DNA of 52,781 bases, from the IMG/VR virus record IMGVR_UViG_3300045988_071817, positions 1 through 52,781 of that record. One strand, 5' to 3'. The DNA is from a virus. Below the pieces are notes generated by a model. That model ran no database searches. It worked only from the letters and a program-made list of their open reading frames with translations, and had not been told where the DNA came from. Positions 16,674 to 26,028 of this stretch are shown in pieces. Each line of letters opens with the position of its first letter. Positions within the stretch are counted from its first letter, which is position 1. The position numbers and the translations under genes were made by a program.

Positions 16674-16702
16674 CAAAAAAGACACATTATACAATGTGTC
16701 TT
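16674..16702 (-). terminator. Intrinsic terminator after the sigma-like gene
   Basis: Perfect 10-bp stem AAGACACATT/AATGTGTCTT with a 4-nt loop and a T-run (T6-T7) on the minus strand. The TATAAT/TACAAT boxes overlap or follow it. Confidence 0.8.
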
Positions 16703-16736
16703 AAATGTAATAAAAATGTATTAAAAATGTAAGGGA

Positions 16737-16937
16737 TTAGAGAACTTTAATAATTTTCTTGTTTACTTTCTGACTTAAGCGTCTAGCATAATCAATAGAT
16801 ATACAGAGTTCATCGGCTATTGTCTCAAGTGTTTCACCTGAACTTCGTCTCTCGAATAATTCACGTTCCAGATTCACGAAGTTGCAGTTCTTCCGTAAGT
16901 ATTCAAGCTCGGGTGCTGTGAAATCTGATATAATCAT
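16737..16937 (-). CDS. Sigma-70 region-4-like HTH transcription regulator (66 aa, region 4 only)
   Basis: ERELFERRSSGETLETIADELCISIDYARRLSQKVNKKI matches the region 4.2 / LuxR-type HTH pattern. Confidence 0.55.
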   Translation of the reverse strand: MIISDFTAPELEYLRKNCNFVNLERELFERRSSGETLETIADELCISIDYARRLSQKVNKKIIKVL

Positions 16938-17027
16938 ACCCTTCTCCTCCGTCTGTTCCTATTCCTATTAGTCGCCCCAGAACGGTGAGGCGGTCGTCTT
17001 GTACGTCTGACAACAACTCTAACAGTT

Positions 17028-17270
17028 TTAGTTGCTCTTGCCATTTATACTAACCTCTCCTTCATCATTAATTACAGCATTACCATTATCCTCACTATCA
17101 GCATCATAAGTAGTAGTTGTTGTATTTTCCGTTGGTAGATTCCAAGCATATAGCCAAGCAATATTACTAGCGAAAAACATAATCAACACAATTATAAATG
17201 CTATGAACCATTTTCGCATATTTGATTTAAGCTGATGTAGAAGTTCCATTGCTAATGTATTATCTTCCAT
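17028..17270 (-). CDS. Membrane protein (80 aa), lysis-cassette associated
   Basis: Central TM WFIAFIIVLIMFFASNIAWLYAW and an acidic Thr-rich tail. Confidence 0.65.
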   Translation of the reverse strand: MEDNTLAMELLHQLKSNMRKWFIAFIIVLIMFFASNIAWLYAWNLPTENTTTTTYDADSEDNGNAVINDEGEVSINGKSN

Positions 17271-17520
17271 CTTTTGCGTCCTCCTCTAAATCTTTTATTC
17301 TATAGTTACTTGATTTAATTTTGTTATCTAATAGTTCTACAGCCCCTTCAAGCTGATAGACACGTTCAATCATATTGTTATGCTTATCTTGCTTCTCTTC
17401 AAGTTTACTCACTCTGTATTCTATTAGTTCACTAATATCTCGATTATGCTTACGATTCTGCAGCCAAACTCCTAAGATTGTTCCACCACAAGTAATTAAA
17501 GCCACAACTATTTCTACCAC
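17260..17520 (-). CDS. BhlA/UviB-like holin-family membrane protein (86 aa)
   Basis: N-terminal TM (IVVALITCGGTILGVWL) followed by a coiled coil. Lies directly downstream of the endolysin. Confidence 0.45.
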   Translation of the reverse strand: MVEIVVALITCGGTILGVWLQNRKHNRDISELIEYRVSKLEEKQDKHNNMIERVYQLEGAVELLDNKIKSSNYRIKDLEEDAKDGR

Positions 17521-17523
17521 TAA

Positions 17524-18249
17524 CTAAATCTCCTTTGTTCTCTTGAGTCTTATCCATTTTCCGTCGTGCTTCCCACCCATTATTTTGCCATACGAAGTTT
17601 TATTTACTTTTTTGATTTGGGATAAAGCTACAACAGTATTTTTTGACAATGTTGCGATTTTCTTTGTCTTTGTTAATATTCTAGGTTCTTTTCTTACAAC
17701 CACACCCTTAACTGTGGTCTTTACTTTCTTAACTGGCTTCTTGATAAGGAATAAATATTTAACATATTTTTCCCAAGATTCTCTGTTGGTTGTTTCACAC
17801 GCACCGCCACTATTCCAAGGGTCATAGATATAAATGTGGTCGTTAGTCACCTTACGAATAAAGACATAATGACCTGATGTGGTCCAGATTGATTTTCCCA
17901 TACAAGCTATTCCAACATATTTATCTGACTTAATCTTTTTTAAAAAATCAGTAACAACTTTGCTATCTTTCTTTCCATATAAAGAAGTATAATTAAGCTG
18001 TGTTGAATCTGTATATCCATAATGCTTCAATGCCTTAATCATTCCGCTGTAATATGTGCCACTTCCGTGACAAGAACATCCATTATCTTCCATCCACTTT
18101 GCAGTTTTAGCAGGAGTGATAGATGGGACTAAATCATACACTGCATCAGCTATTGATGTTGGACCACAGCCTTGTGCTGAAATAGTACCTCCTGAGTAGT
18201 AGTTACTTTTCCATTTAGAATCATTTTGTTTAAAATTCTTATATCCCAT
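17524..18249 (-). CDS. Endolysin: papain-like (C39-like) cysteine peptidase domain plus SH3b-like cell-wall-binding domain
   Basis: AQGCGPTSIADAV catalytic Cys and SGHYVFIRK His. The C-terminal VVRKEP...GKIMGGKHDGKWIRL resembles SH3. Adjacent to the holin. Confidence 0.7.
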   Translation of the reverse strand: MGYKNFKQNDSKWKSNYYSGGTISAQGCGPTSIADAVYDLVPSITPAKTAKWMEDNGCSCHGSGTYYSGMIKALKHYGYTDSTQLNYTSLYGKKDSKVVTDFLKKIKSDKYVGIACMGKSIWTTSGHYVFIRKVTNDHIYIYDPWNSGGACETTNRESWEKYVKYLFLIKKPVKKVKTTVKGVVVRKEPRILTKTKKIATLSKNTVVALSQIKKVNKTSYGKIMGGKHDGKWIRLKRTKEI

Positions 18250-18446
18250 TACTCTTCCTCCGTGAATGCTTTAATGATTAAATTCCAGATAGCTGTTAGA
18301 CCTGCAGAACCAAAGGCTATAATAGCTGTCTTTGCATCAACATTTCCTAAAGCCTGAACAGCTACAACACCCGCAGCTATAAAAGTTTTAGCTGTTCTTA
18401 CCAAGATATCAACAACTTGCTTTTTAGTAATTTTAGATAATTTCAT
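18249..18446 (-). CDS. Holin (65 aa, two TM segments)
   Basis: TFIAAGVVAVQAL and AIIAFGSAGLTAIWNLII TM segments with a charged C-terminus. Its stop overlaps the endolysin start. Confidence 0.65.
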   Translation of the reverse strand: MKLSKITKKQVVDILVRTAKTFIAAGVVAVQALGNVDAKTAIIAFGSAGLTAIWNLIIKAFTEEE

Positions 18447-18472
18447 ATAGTAACCTCCTATTCTTTTTTAAT

Positions 18473-18481
18473 ATTATAACA
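18473..18481 (-). promoter_or_regulatory. Extended -10 element TGTTATAAT upstream of the holin
   Basis: Minus strand reads atatGTTATAATatt, about 25 nt upstream of the holin RBS. No good -35 box. Confidence 0.35.
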
Positions 18482-18512
18482 TATTATCCATAAAAATGTA
18501 TAGTTTAAATTT

Positions 18513-19349
18513 CTAATCTAAGAACCAGTCAAAATCTAGGTAAATAAATTCTGGACCAGTAACAGGTCCAAACCATCTGAATTTTATAGTGCCTGTCTCA
18601 TTCACAAATACAATTGCATAATGTTCATTCTTGCCAGAGCTAGGATATAGTGTAGTCTGGAAAGATTTCTTTGGCGCATACTTTTTATCAATATAAAGAT
18701 ATCCAGTAGAACCATCACTATTACTGCAGTATTCGTGCATTCCCAGATGAACTTTATTTCCTATCATTCTTATATAAGGTTTAGTTATAGATGATTCTGG
18801 AGGTCCTGTGGTAAATCCCATATCCTTACTCGTGACTAAATCCTGTCTTTCTCCTGTATCTAGATACCATACATTGGCTACTTGTTCTATTGTTTCGATA
18901 GATAAACCATTAATCTTCACTCTATACAGAACTAAGTCATCTTCTAAGTAATTCTCATCAAACAAGCTATTATCAATATATTCTGGGTCAACATAGTCAG
19001 CCCCAGCTGTGCCTTCAATAACTTTTAATTCAGCTTTCTCAATTCCTGTAGAAGAATCCTTAGAATAATGTATGACAATTAAGTCACATCTTTTTGACCC
19101 TGCTAAACCTACACTAATATCTAATTCTTCGTAGTCGTTAGTGTTCATACCCATTAATCTTCCTTGGTTAATAGCATATCCGCCATTAATTCTAATTAAT
19201 GTATTACTTTTAAGTTCATAGCTTAACTGCTTACCAACACTCAGTACATACTTACCTCCTGTGGCTAAAGATGCAGCATTTAATACAGCATCTTGCTGAG
19301 ATGTGATATGTGGTTTTCCTGTATAGCCTGTTACTATTTCCAAAGCCAT
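18513..19349 (-). CDS. Putative tail fibre / receptor-binding protein (278 aa)
   Basis: Last structural ORF, between the Tal-like protein and the holin. Predicted beta-rich. Confidence 0.45.
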   Translation of the reverse strand: MALEIVTGYTGKPHITSQQDAVLNAASLATGGKYVLSVGKQLSYELKSNTLIRINGGYAINQGRLMGMNTNDYEELDISVGLAGSKRCDLIVIHYSKDSSTGIEKAELKVIEGTAGADYVDPEYIDNSLFDENYLEDDLVLYRVKINGLSIETIEQVANVWYLDTGERQDLVTSKDMGFTTGPPESSITKPYIRMIGNKVHLGMHEYCSNSDGSTGYLYIDKKYAPKKSFQTTLYPSSGKNEHYAIVFVNETGTIKFRWFGPVTGPEFIYLDFDWFLD

Positions 19350-19370
19350 AATTAATATTACCTCCTTAAA

Positions 19371-21260
19371 TTAGTTTATATTTGGTGTGTTCTCGTTACC
19401 CAGCTCATATTGTATCGAAATACTACCACTATCAATGGTCACAATCTTTTTAGATATAGAAGATGTGACTGCTATATTAGTAATACTTTCAACTGCACCT
19501 ACTACATCCCCTATATCATATTCATACTCATCTGAATCCAATGAGATGTTCACACTATCCAGACTCCAATATTCTTGAAGTTTAGCTATACCATTTGCTA
19601 CAAGGTTAGCGAAGTGGTCATACACCTTATTATAGAATCCTCCAACCCAGAAGTATGGTATAATTTCTTTATCATATTTCTCATAAAATGTATTAGCCTT
19701 AAATTCAGGGCTGCTTGAAGCTTCACTCTTATATCTGTATATAGTGCTATCGAATACAGGAGCTTTTTCTCTGGTGTACTGTGTATAGAAAGGTCTGTAC
19801 TTACTATTTTTCCAACTCCTAAAATCAGACATCTCTGCTTTATTATTTTTGTCCTTCACAAAGTCAGATATCTTTACTTTCTTCTTATTTACAAGTTCTT
19901 TTTTCTTTAATCTACAAGTATAATCTTTCCTGGTAAATTCTTCTATCTTAATGTCGTGGTAAGTAACTTCCCATTTATTCCATACACCATCTCTTTTCTT
20001 CTTGAATACATAAGTATAATCCCAATGTTCTACTTCTATGTAGTAGTTACCTTTATTGCTGCTCCAATCAGTAGGTTTTTGTGTTTGCTTTTTATAAATA
20101 TTATAATTAACACCTTCAACTGACTTATATTCTTCAGCAACACCATCCGTCCAGTAATAGTAGTAATCTTTATAATTAGTGTTCCAATCTATTGGTTGAG
20201 AACGCAACAAAGGATATGTGGTATCCGTGACGATAAAACTGTCATCTACACTCTTATAAGTATCTCCGTCTAAATAATAATAGCTCGCATAAGCATAATT
20301 CCAATTATCTGGTTTAGTTGTCAATAAACTATAAGACTGCTCGAACTCTCTTTCTATCTCTTCATACGTATTATTCTTAGAATTATATCTATAATACTTA
20401 GTGAATACATAAGGTTGTTCCCAATTATCTGGTTTAGTTGTTAAAATCTCGTAGTTTTCTGCAGTTTGGGCATTACCATAATCATATACTTGGCTATTAT
20501 CTTTAACCCCAGTAAAAAGCTGATTTCTATTGTCAAGTATGTATTGACTATCCTTAACTGGAGTATCAACTGTAGTGTATGGCTGTACAGTTCCACTTGC
20601 GTCTGTGAATAATTCAATGACATTTCTGTCTTTTAAATCACCGCTTCCCAAACAGTATAAGTGATTGATTGGATTGAAATGCTTATTAATTTCAATAGCC
20701 ATATCACTGGTATCCCACTCTTCATTCTTTGTGTAGTCAACATAAGGGATTGCGGATAACTTAACTCTTCCTTTTGAATATACTATATTTAATTTTCCAC
20801 CAAATTCTGAAAGCATCTTTCTGAGTCCTTGATATAAACCTATATATCTAGGGAACTTATAGTTGTGAACCTGTATAGTGCTTTCTTCATCATTAGCAAC
20901 AAATAAACTACCTAATCTACATCTTGTAAGTAATTGTGCAATAATTTTATTTGCATCTCCGTCTACAATTAAGTGGTCTTGACCTTTATCTGGGACAATT
21001 ATCTTACGGTCAAGAATACCGTGCCAAGTTCTTCCATTATACTTAACTGTTCTATTAGCTGTATTTGGATTAATACTATCAATCATTCCACCATATTCAG
21101 TATCTTCAATGTATATATAGCAGTTTTCTTTCAGACAGGCAGCTTCAATACTCATCTCAAGTTCAAAGTCGTTTTCATCTTTACCGAAAGCTAAATCTAA
21201 TCCATACTCAAGTATTACCCCTAAATCATTTCTATTTTCGTCTGTATATATTAAGTCCAC
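19371..21260 (-). CDS. Tail-associated (Tal/Gp37-like) baseplate protein with four tandem TKPDNW...YY repeats
   Basis: 629 aa. The N-terminus MDLIYTDENRNDLGVILEYGLDLAFGKDENDFELE resembles siphovirus Gp37-like proteins. Follows Dit. Confidence 0.55.
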   Translation of the reverse strand: MDLIYTDENRNDLGVILEYGLDLAFGKDENDFELEMSIEAACLKENCYIYIEDTEYGGMIDSINPNTANRTVKYNGRTWHGILDRKIIVPDKGQDHLIVDGDANKIIAQLLTRCRLGSLFVANDEESTIQVHNYKFPRYIGLYQGLRKMLSEFGGKLNIVYSKGRVKLSAIPYVDYTKNEEWDTSDMAIEINKHFNPINHLYCLGSGDLKDRNVIELFTDASGTVQPYTTVDTPVKDSQYILDNRNQLFTGVKDNSQVYDYGNAQTAENYEILTTKPDNWEQPYVFTKYYRYNSKNNTYEEIEREFEQSYSLLTTKPDNWNYAYASYYYLDGDTYKSVDDSFIVTDTTYPLLRSQPIDWNTNYKDYYYYWTDGVAEEYKSVEGVNYNIYKKQTQKPTDWSSNKGNYYIEVEHWDYTYVFKKKRDGVWNKWEVTYHDIKIEEFTRKDYTCRLKKKELVNKKKVKISDFVKDKNNKAEMSDFRSWKNSKYRPFYTQYTREKAPVFDSTIYRYKSEASSSPEFKANTFYEKYDKEIIPYFWVGGFYNKVYDHFANLVANGIAKLQEYWSLDSVNISLDSDEYEYDIGDVVGAVESITNIAVTSSISKKIVTIDSGSISIQYELGNENTPNIN

Positions 21261-22105
21261 TTTGGTTCACTCCTATTCTCGAATAATTCTACATCAAAGG
21301 AATATGCTCCATTCCATCCAACTACATTAATACCCACAGGTATTTTCTTGAAAGCATAGAAATCTCTAAATCTATTATTGAATAGATTTATTATATCACC
21401 ATTATTCTTGACTTTATATACTTTTTTATTAACTGAGTTAATCACCAGTTTCTCACCCGTAAGTAATTCTACATCATTAACTCCATAATTCCAATCTCCA
21501 ATACTAATGATAGGGTTTTCACATTTACCATAGATGATAATTTCAAAATCAGAATCAGCATATCCATCATTATTAATACTTCTATATGTAATACTATTGG
21601 TATAGTCGTATATATAGTCATATGGATAATCTAGCATATTAGTAGCTGATTGACCAGTATTACCATCTATCTTATCTTGTCTAGTACCATAATGGAATAT
21701 ATTAGATGTCTTCCAACTACCATCAGGTGAAATCAGATTAAAATCTACTGTTGTATTAAGTACTTCCAAGTATTTATTCGGCTTACTGCTTGCATATACA
21801 TAGCAATCTAGATAGTAGCTATCAACATATAATCTTCCTGGTGACATTTTTGAAACATCCGCATCAAAGAAAGATGTTAAGTATTCAATATTGTATCTAT
21901 AGTTTTCTTCACTTGTTCCTTTAACTCTGATACTAAACTTCTTTGTCACCATACTTCTACTAAAGGAACTAATTCGTGGTCTGACTGTTCCTTTAGTAGT
22001 ATTATTCCAAGTATAATCAAATAAGTCAGTATCTGTAAGCATTAAGTAAGGATAAGTAATTAAGTCCAGCTTTTCACCTTGTGAATTAACATAATAAATC
22101 TTCAC
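21251..22105 (-). CDS. Distal tail protein (Dit)
   Basis: 284 aa immediately after the tape measure. The position and size are conserved in siphoviruses. Confidence 0.6.
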   Translation of the reverse strand: MKIYYVNSQGEKLDLITYPYLMLTDTDLFDYTWNNTTKGTVRPRISSFSRSMVTKKFSIRVKGTSEENYRYNIEYLTSFFDADVSKMSPGRLYVDSYYLDCYVYASSKPNKYLEVLNTTVDFNLISPDGSWKTSNIFHYGTRQDKIDGNTGQSATNMLDYPYDYIYDYTNSITYRSINNDGYADSDFEIIIYGKCENPIISIGDWNYGVNDVELLTGEKLVINSVNKKVYKVKNNGDIINLFNNRFRDFYAFKKIPVGINVVGWNGAYSFDVELFENRSEPKWT

Positions 22106-24486
22106 TATACACTAACCTCCCTTACTAATCTTCCAAACTGTCTATTACCAACTGATACACCTATATTAGCATCTACGAAAGCATCTGTTGTAGCTTGTGC
22201 CATCTTATCATAGTCTATTCCTGAATAGTAGCCACCACTCAGTGTCATTGTAGTATCTAATTTCTTCATTCCATATCTAATGTCTCTATTAATCTGGTCC
22301 ATAGGGTCTTCTTTATTAAATCCAACCCATATACCTTGAGCAATGAACTTACCAACTTGGTCCCTCATAAGTTTTGACGGTGAAGCAATTCCAAAGAAGT
22401 CTTTGATGCTGTCTACTACACCACCAAAGAAACCTGATATCTTATCTCTAAGCCACGCTCCTGCATTTTTGATACCATTCCATAAACCTTTTATGAGGTT
22501 TAAACCAATATCTGCCATATCACTTAGATAATCACCAAATCCATCTATTAATGCTTTTATGATAGCTGGAATTGCTGTTATAATTTTAGCGATAATTTGT
22601 GGCAAATTCTTAATAATTGATATAAGAAGTTTAAAGCCAGTTGCTATAATCTTAGGTATAGCACCAACAAGTGCTCCAATAATACCTGCTATAATCTTAG
22701 GTATTGCTTTAACAATAGTAATTATAATCTGAGGTAAAGCATCTACTAGAGCTGTTATAAGTTTAAATCCAGCATCTACAATATCGGGTATACAATCAAA
22801 TAATCCATTTAATAGTGCAGTTATAAGAGGCGGTATTGCTTCAACAATAGTATTAATTATTTCTGGTAAGTTGTCCACTAATGCTCCAATAAGTTCAACA
22901 CCAGCATCTATAATATCTGGTAAATGGTCCTGTATAGCATTAACCAGATTAGTTATAATTTCTGGAATAACTGCAACAATAGTATTAATTATTTCAGACA
23001 AATTGTCAACTAAGGCTGTTATAAGTTTAACACCAGTATCTATAATATTCGGAATACAAGCAAGTAATCCATTTACTAATGCGTCTATAATTGGTGGTAT
23101 TGCTTGAATCAATGTAGGTATAGCTTGAAGCAGTCCATCTACAAGGGCAGGTATTATACTCACAACTGTAGACACTATATTTGGAATCTGACCTGTAATA
23201 AACAGTAATACTTGTGTTAAGTAATTAATCGCAGCATCAAGTATTGTAGGTAATGAACCTATTAGGGCTGTTGCTAGTTGGTTGACAAGTGTAAGTACCA
23301 TATTCATAATACTAGAAGCACCGTCCCCACTGAAAAATTCACTTAAAGAATTGTATAAGTTTGGAATCTTCTCTAACACGATGTTAAGTAACTGATTTAA
23401 TACCTTTAATAATGAAGGTATTGCTGCAGCAATACCTTGTACTAATGTTAGTACTATATTTGTGCCTGAAGCTAAAAGTTTAGGTAATAAGTTTTCTATA
23501 ACATCAGGAATAGCGTCTACTATTACAGGTAATAGTTTTTCAATAAGTGAACCGACACCTCCTAAAGCTGTCTCAACTCTCGGAAGTATATTCCCAGCAG
23601 CTACCCCAACGGACTCAATGAATTCATTTATTAATTTATCCATATCCGCATTATCTTGAGACATTCCCGATACGAGGTTGGTCCAAGCAGCTTTAGCGGA
23701 GTTTACCGAACCTTCAATAGTTGTACTAGCCTCTTTTGCTGTTGTGCCAGTGATTCCCATCTCAGTCTGTACAACGTGAATAGCTTCTGCCATATCCTTG
23801 AAGTTACCTAACTCATATTTCTGCCCAGATAACTTTTCAGCGTCTTTCAATAATCGTTGCATTTCTGACTTTGTGCCACCATAACCCAGCTTCAAGTTAT
23901 CTAACATCGTATAGTTCTGCTTAGCAAATCCATTATAAGCATTCTGTATCATCGTCATATCAGTACCCATCTTATTGGCATTATCTGACATATCAATGAC
24001 TATTTGGTTAGCTGATTTTGCTGCTTCCGTTTCATTCTTTGTACTCTGTTTTAGTGAAGCTGCGAAACTTGTTACAGTTTCCATATAATCATTCGCTGAC
24101 ATCCCAGCCGTCTTATATGCTTTATCCGCATTTTTCAAGGCTATATTTTGAGCATTCATCAACTGCTGATAGTCTTTTTTTGCTTCATCTGTGCTTTTTC
24201 CAACGGACTTAGCATATTCTTTAGCTGATTGACCACCAGCCCCAAAAAGTGTCTCAATTCCACCACGTAGCTGTTCATATGAAGCATAAGCATCAACGGA
24301 TGATTTAACTAAAGCAGCGGTTGCTGTTGCACCTGCTGCCATAGCAGCTGTACCTATTTTTGCTATACTCTTAACTGCTCCCCCAGCGGAGGAAGCAATA
24401 GAGGAACTTAATCCCTTAATACCATCTTTAGCTCCAGAGGAATCTAGTTCGGTATCAATTACAACCTTGCCATCTCCTTCTGCCAT
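22105..24486 (-). CDS. Tail tape measure protein
   Basis: 793 aa, helical and Ala/Ile-rich with roughly 40-aa tandem repeats (IPxIIDxGxKLIxALVDxLPxII). Lies downstream of the chaperones. Confidence 0.9.
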   Translation of the reverse strand: MAEGDGKVVIDTELDSSGAKDGIKGLSSSIASSAGGAVKSIAKIGTAAMAAGATATAALVKSSVDAYASYEQLRGGIETLFGAGGQSAKEYAKSVGKSTDEAKKDYQQLMNAQNIALKNADKAYKTAGMSANDYMETVTSFAASLKQSTKNETEAAKSANQIVIDMSDNANKMGTDMTMIQNAYNGFAKQNYTMLDNLKLGYGGTKSEMQRLLKDAEKLSGQKYELGNFKDMAEAIHVVQTEMGITGTTAKEASTTIEGSVNSAKAAWTNLVSGMSQDNADMDKLINEFIESVGVAAGNILPRVETALGGVGSLIEKLLPVIVDAIPDVIENLLPKLLASGTNIVLTLVQGIAAAIPSLLKVLNQLLNIVLEKIPNLYNSLSEFFSGDGASSIMNMVLTLVNQLATALIGSLPTILDAAINYLTQVLLFITGQIPNIVSTVVSIIPALVDGLLQAIPTLIQAIPPIIDALVNGLLACIPNIIDTGVKLITALVDNLSEIINTIVAVIPEIITNLVNAIQDHLPDIIDAGVELIGALVDNLPEIINTIVEAIPPLITALLNGLFDCIPDIVDAGFKLITALVDALPQIIITIVKAIPKIIAGIIGALVGAIPKIIATGFKLLISIIKNLPQIIAKIITAIPAIIKALIDGFGDYLSDMADIGLNLIKGLWNGIKNAGAWLRDKISGFFGGVVDSIKDFFGIASPSKLMRDQVGKFIAQGIWVGFNKEDPMDQINRDIRYGMKKLDTTMTLSGGYYSGIDYDKMAQATTDAFVDANIGVSVGNRQFGRLVREVSV

Positions 24487-24517
24487 ATTACAGTCCCTCC
24501 TTTCTTTCTATTTATGT

Positions 24518-25084
24518 TTATGTTTTTTGGTATACACTATTATAGAATAGCTCGTTTATTTCAGTCATAGTATCGGATGATACCTGACGTGTGTGATGTG
24601 ATAAAGCCCAAGCCTTTTTATTTTCTTCACATTGTGCATCATACGATTTTTTATTTTTCTTATAAGCTCGCATAGACATTATCTGCTTTATCTTAGTATT
24701 ATCACTCAACCCAACGAATAAGGCTTTGAATTTGTGCCAATGCATATCACAAGTAGTTAAGTCTATTCCGTAATCCTGCATAAATGATGCTACGATATAC
24801 TCTCCATCTTCTATATAGTCCACAATCCTATCCGTGGAAGTGCTGCTAATATTCTTCGGAGTAGGATTAGGATTTGTATAAAACTGCACTAACTGTGGAA
24901 AGAAATTCGTCAATGGTATATTCCCTTTCCCATCTTCTAATAGAAACAAATAATCAGATAGAGGTCGTTCTTCTTCTATCATCGTGCTAAATTTCAACCA
25001 CAGACGAAAATCCGTTTTTATTAAAAAATCCTTACCATTAACCGTAATGGTATCTGGTAAGGATTTATTCCTAAGGTCTATCAT
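24518..25084 (-). CDS. Tail assembly chaperone, Gp15-family
   Basis: ITVNGKDFLIKTDFRLWLKF is the characteristic phage Gp15 N-terminus. Lies upstream of the TMP. Confidence 0.6.
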   Translation of the reverse strand: MIDLRNKSLPDTITVNGKDFLIKTDFRLWLKFSTMIEEERPLSDYLFLLEDGKGNIPLTNFFPQLVQFYTNPNPTPKNISSTSTDRIVDYIEDGEYIVASFMQDYGIDLTTCDMHWHKFKALFVGLSDNTKIKQIMSMRAYKKNKKSYDAQCEENKKAWALSHHTRQVSSDTMTEINELFYNSVYQKT

Positions 25085-25489
25085 TTATCTTCCAAATGTT
25101 ACTTTGTTGTCTCCATTTAATATCCCACTATCGGAGATACTAGATACAACATTCAGCACTTCCAGCAATTTTGATAAATTCGCATCATTCATCTTTGATT
25201 CAGTAGCTTCACTATTATAATCCGCTATTGGTTTCTGATAACTTGCAACTATACTCAAATATAAGAGATTGATGTCATTAGGGTCACAATCATTGAAATC
25301 CCCAATTAACTCGGATAACTGTTGCTTCCCAATAAGCTCGGATTCGAACTTATACATCAGGTTACATTTATCTTTGAATTTCTTTGATGCGTTGTTGTTA
25401 CTTATTTCAATCTCCTCAATTTTGTTAGCTATAGTAAAGCTATACTTAGGGAGATTCACTTCTGTTCCATTAAATACTATTGAATACAT
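25085..25489 (-). CDS. Tail assembly chaperone (134 aa)
   Basis: Located between the tube protein and the Gp15-like protein. Acidic. Confidence 0.5.
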   Translation of the reverse strand: MYSIVFNGTEVNLPKYSFTIANKIEEIEISNNNASKKFKDKCNLMYKFESELIGKQQLSELIGDFNDCDPNDINLLYLSIVASYQKPIADYNSEATESKMNDANLSKLLEVLNVVSSISDSGILNGDNKVTFGR

Positions 25490-25511
25490 ATCTTGTCCTC
25501 CTTATATTATA

Positions 25512-26027
25512 TTAATTCATAGATATCTTCTTGGTTGAGGCTGCTTCTGTGGCTGGTGTGAATACAGGTTTTCCTGCTGTAATAGCATAAGTACCTAACT
25601 CAATATCTCCACCCATCTTCATTGAGAAAGAAATCTTTCCATCTGTTGTAGATAAGTTATCCAGTAGTAGCGTGCAAATGCCTCTCCAAGCTCTAGCAGT
25701 TGTTCCACCAAAGCAAAGAAGAAACGGAACTTTACATTCGTCACCTGTTGGAAGTTTGTACAACTTCTCTGCCATATAATCATACATTGGATTTCCTTCA
25801 TATAAAGCAATTTCTTGTGGTAACTCTGGCTGGTTACTCATAACTTCTTCCACTGCATTCTTGTAACATATATAATCCATTGATTCTGACTGTGGATTAA
25901 TAGCTAACTCGAATATTGTGGATAAATCAATTCTAGCCCATTCACTTGCCTTGTATGTCTTATCTTCGGCAGTATCAAGGAATGGAATGAACTGGTCCTT
26001 TGTTAGCTTCTTCATTGGATTTGCCAT
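25512..26027 (-). CDS. Major tail (tube) protein
   Basis: 171 aa. Position and sequence style (FIPFLDT...WARIDL...) fit siphovirus tube proteins. Confidence 0.6.
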   Translation of the reverse strand: MANPMKKLTKDQFIPFLDTAEDKTYKASEWARIDLSTIFELAINPQSESMDYICYKNAVEEVMSNQPELPQEIALYEGNPMYDYMAEKLYKLPTGDECKVPFLLCFGGTTARAWRGICTLLLDNLSTTDGKISFSMKMGGDIELGTYAITAGKPVFTPATEAASTKKISMN

Positions 26028-26028
26028 C

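Noticed and set aside
16938-17027. Locally GC-richer 90-nt gap (gtcgccccagaacggtgaggcggtcgtcttgtacgtctgac) between the membrane-protein gene and the sigma-like gene.
   Set aside because: I looked for a hairpin, an ORF or a repeat. Only 3-4 bp pairings are present, with no ATG-initiated ORF and no T-tract. It is most simply a leader carrying the RBS ggaggagaagggtATG.
22560-23300. Periodic DNA similarity inside the tape-measure gene that could be mistaken for a tandem-repeat or CRISPR-like array.
   Set aside because: The periodicity is in-frame and reflects roughly 40-aa protein repeats (IPxIIDxGxKLIxALVDxLPxII) typical of tape measure proteins. The repeats are imperfect and there are no unique spacers.
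24518-25489. Programmed -1 frameshift between the two tail chaperone ORFs (G/GT-type).
   Set aside because: The two ORFs are contiguous (stop at 25085, next start at 25084) with no overlapping extended frame. The second is a complete Gp15-family protein with its own ATG. No slippery heptamer was evident, though this was checked by eye only.
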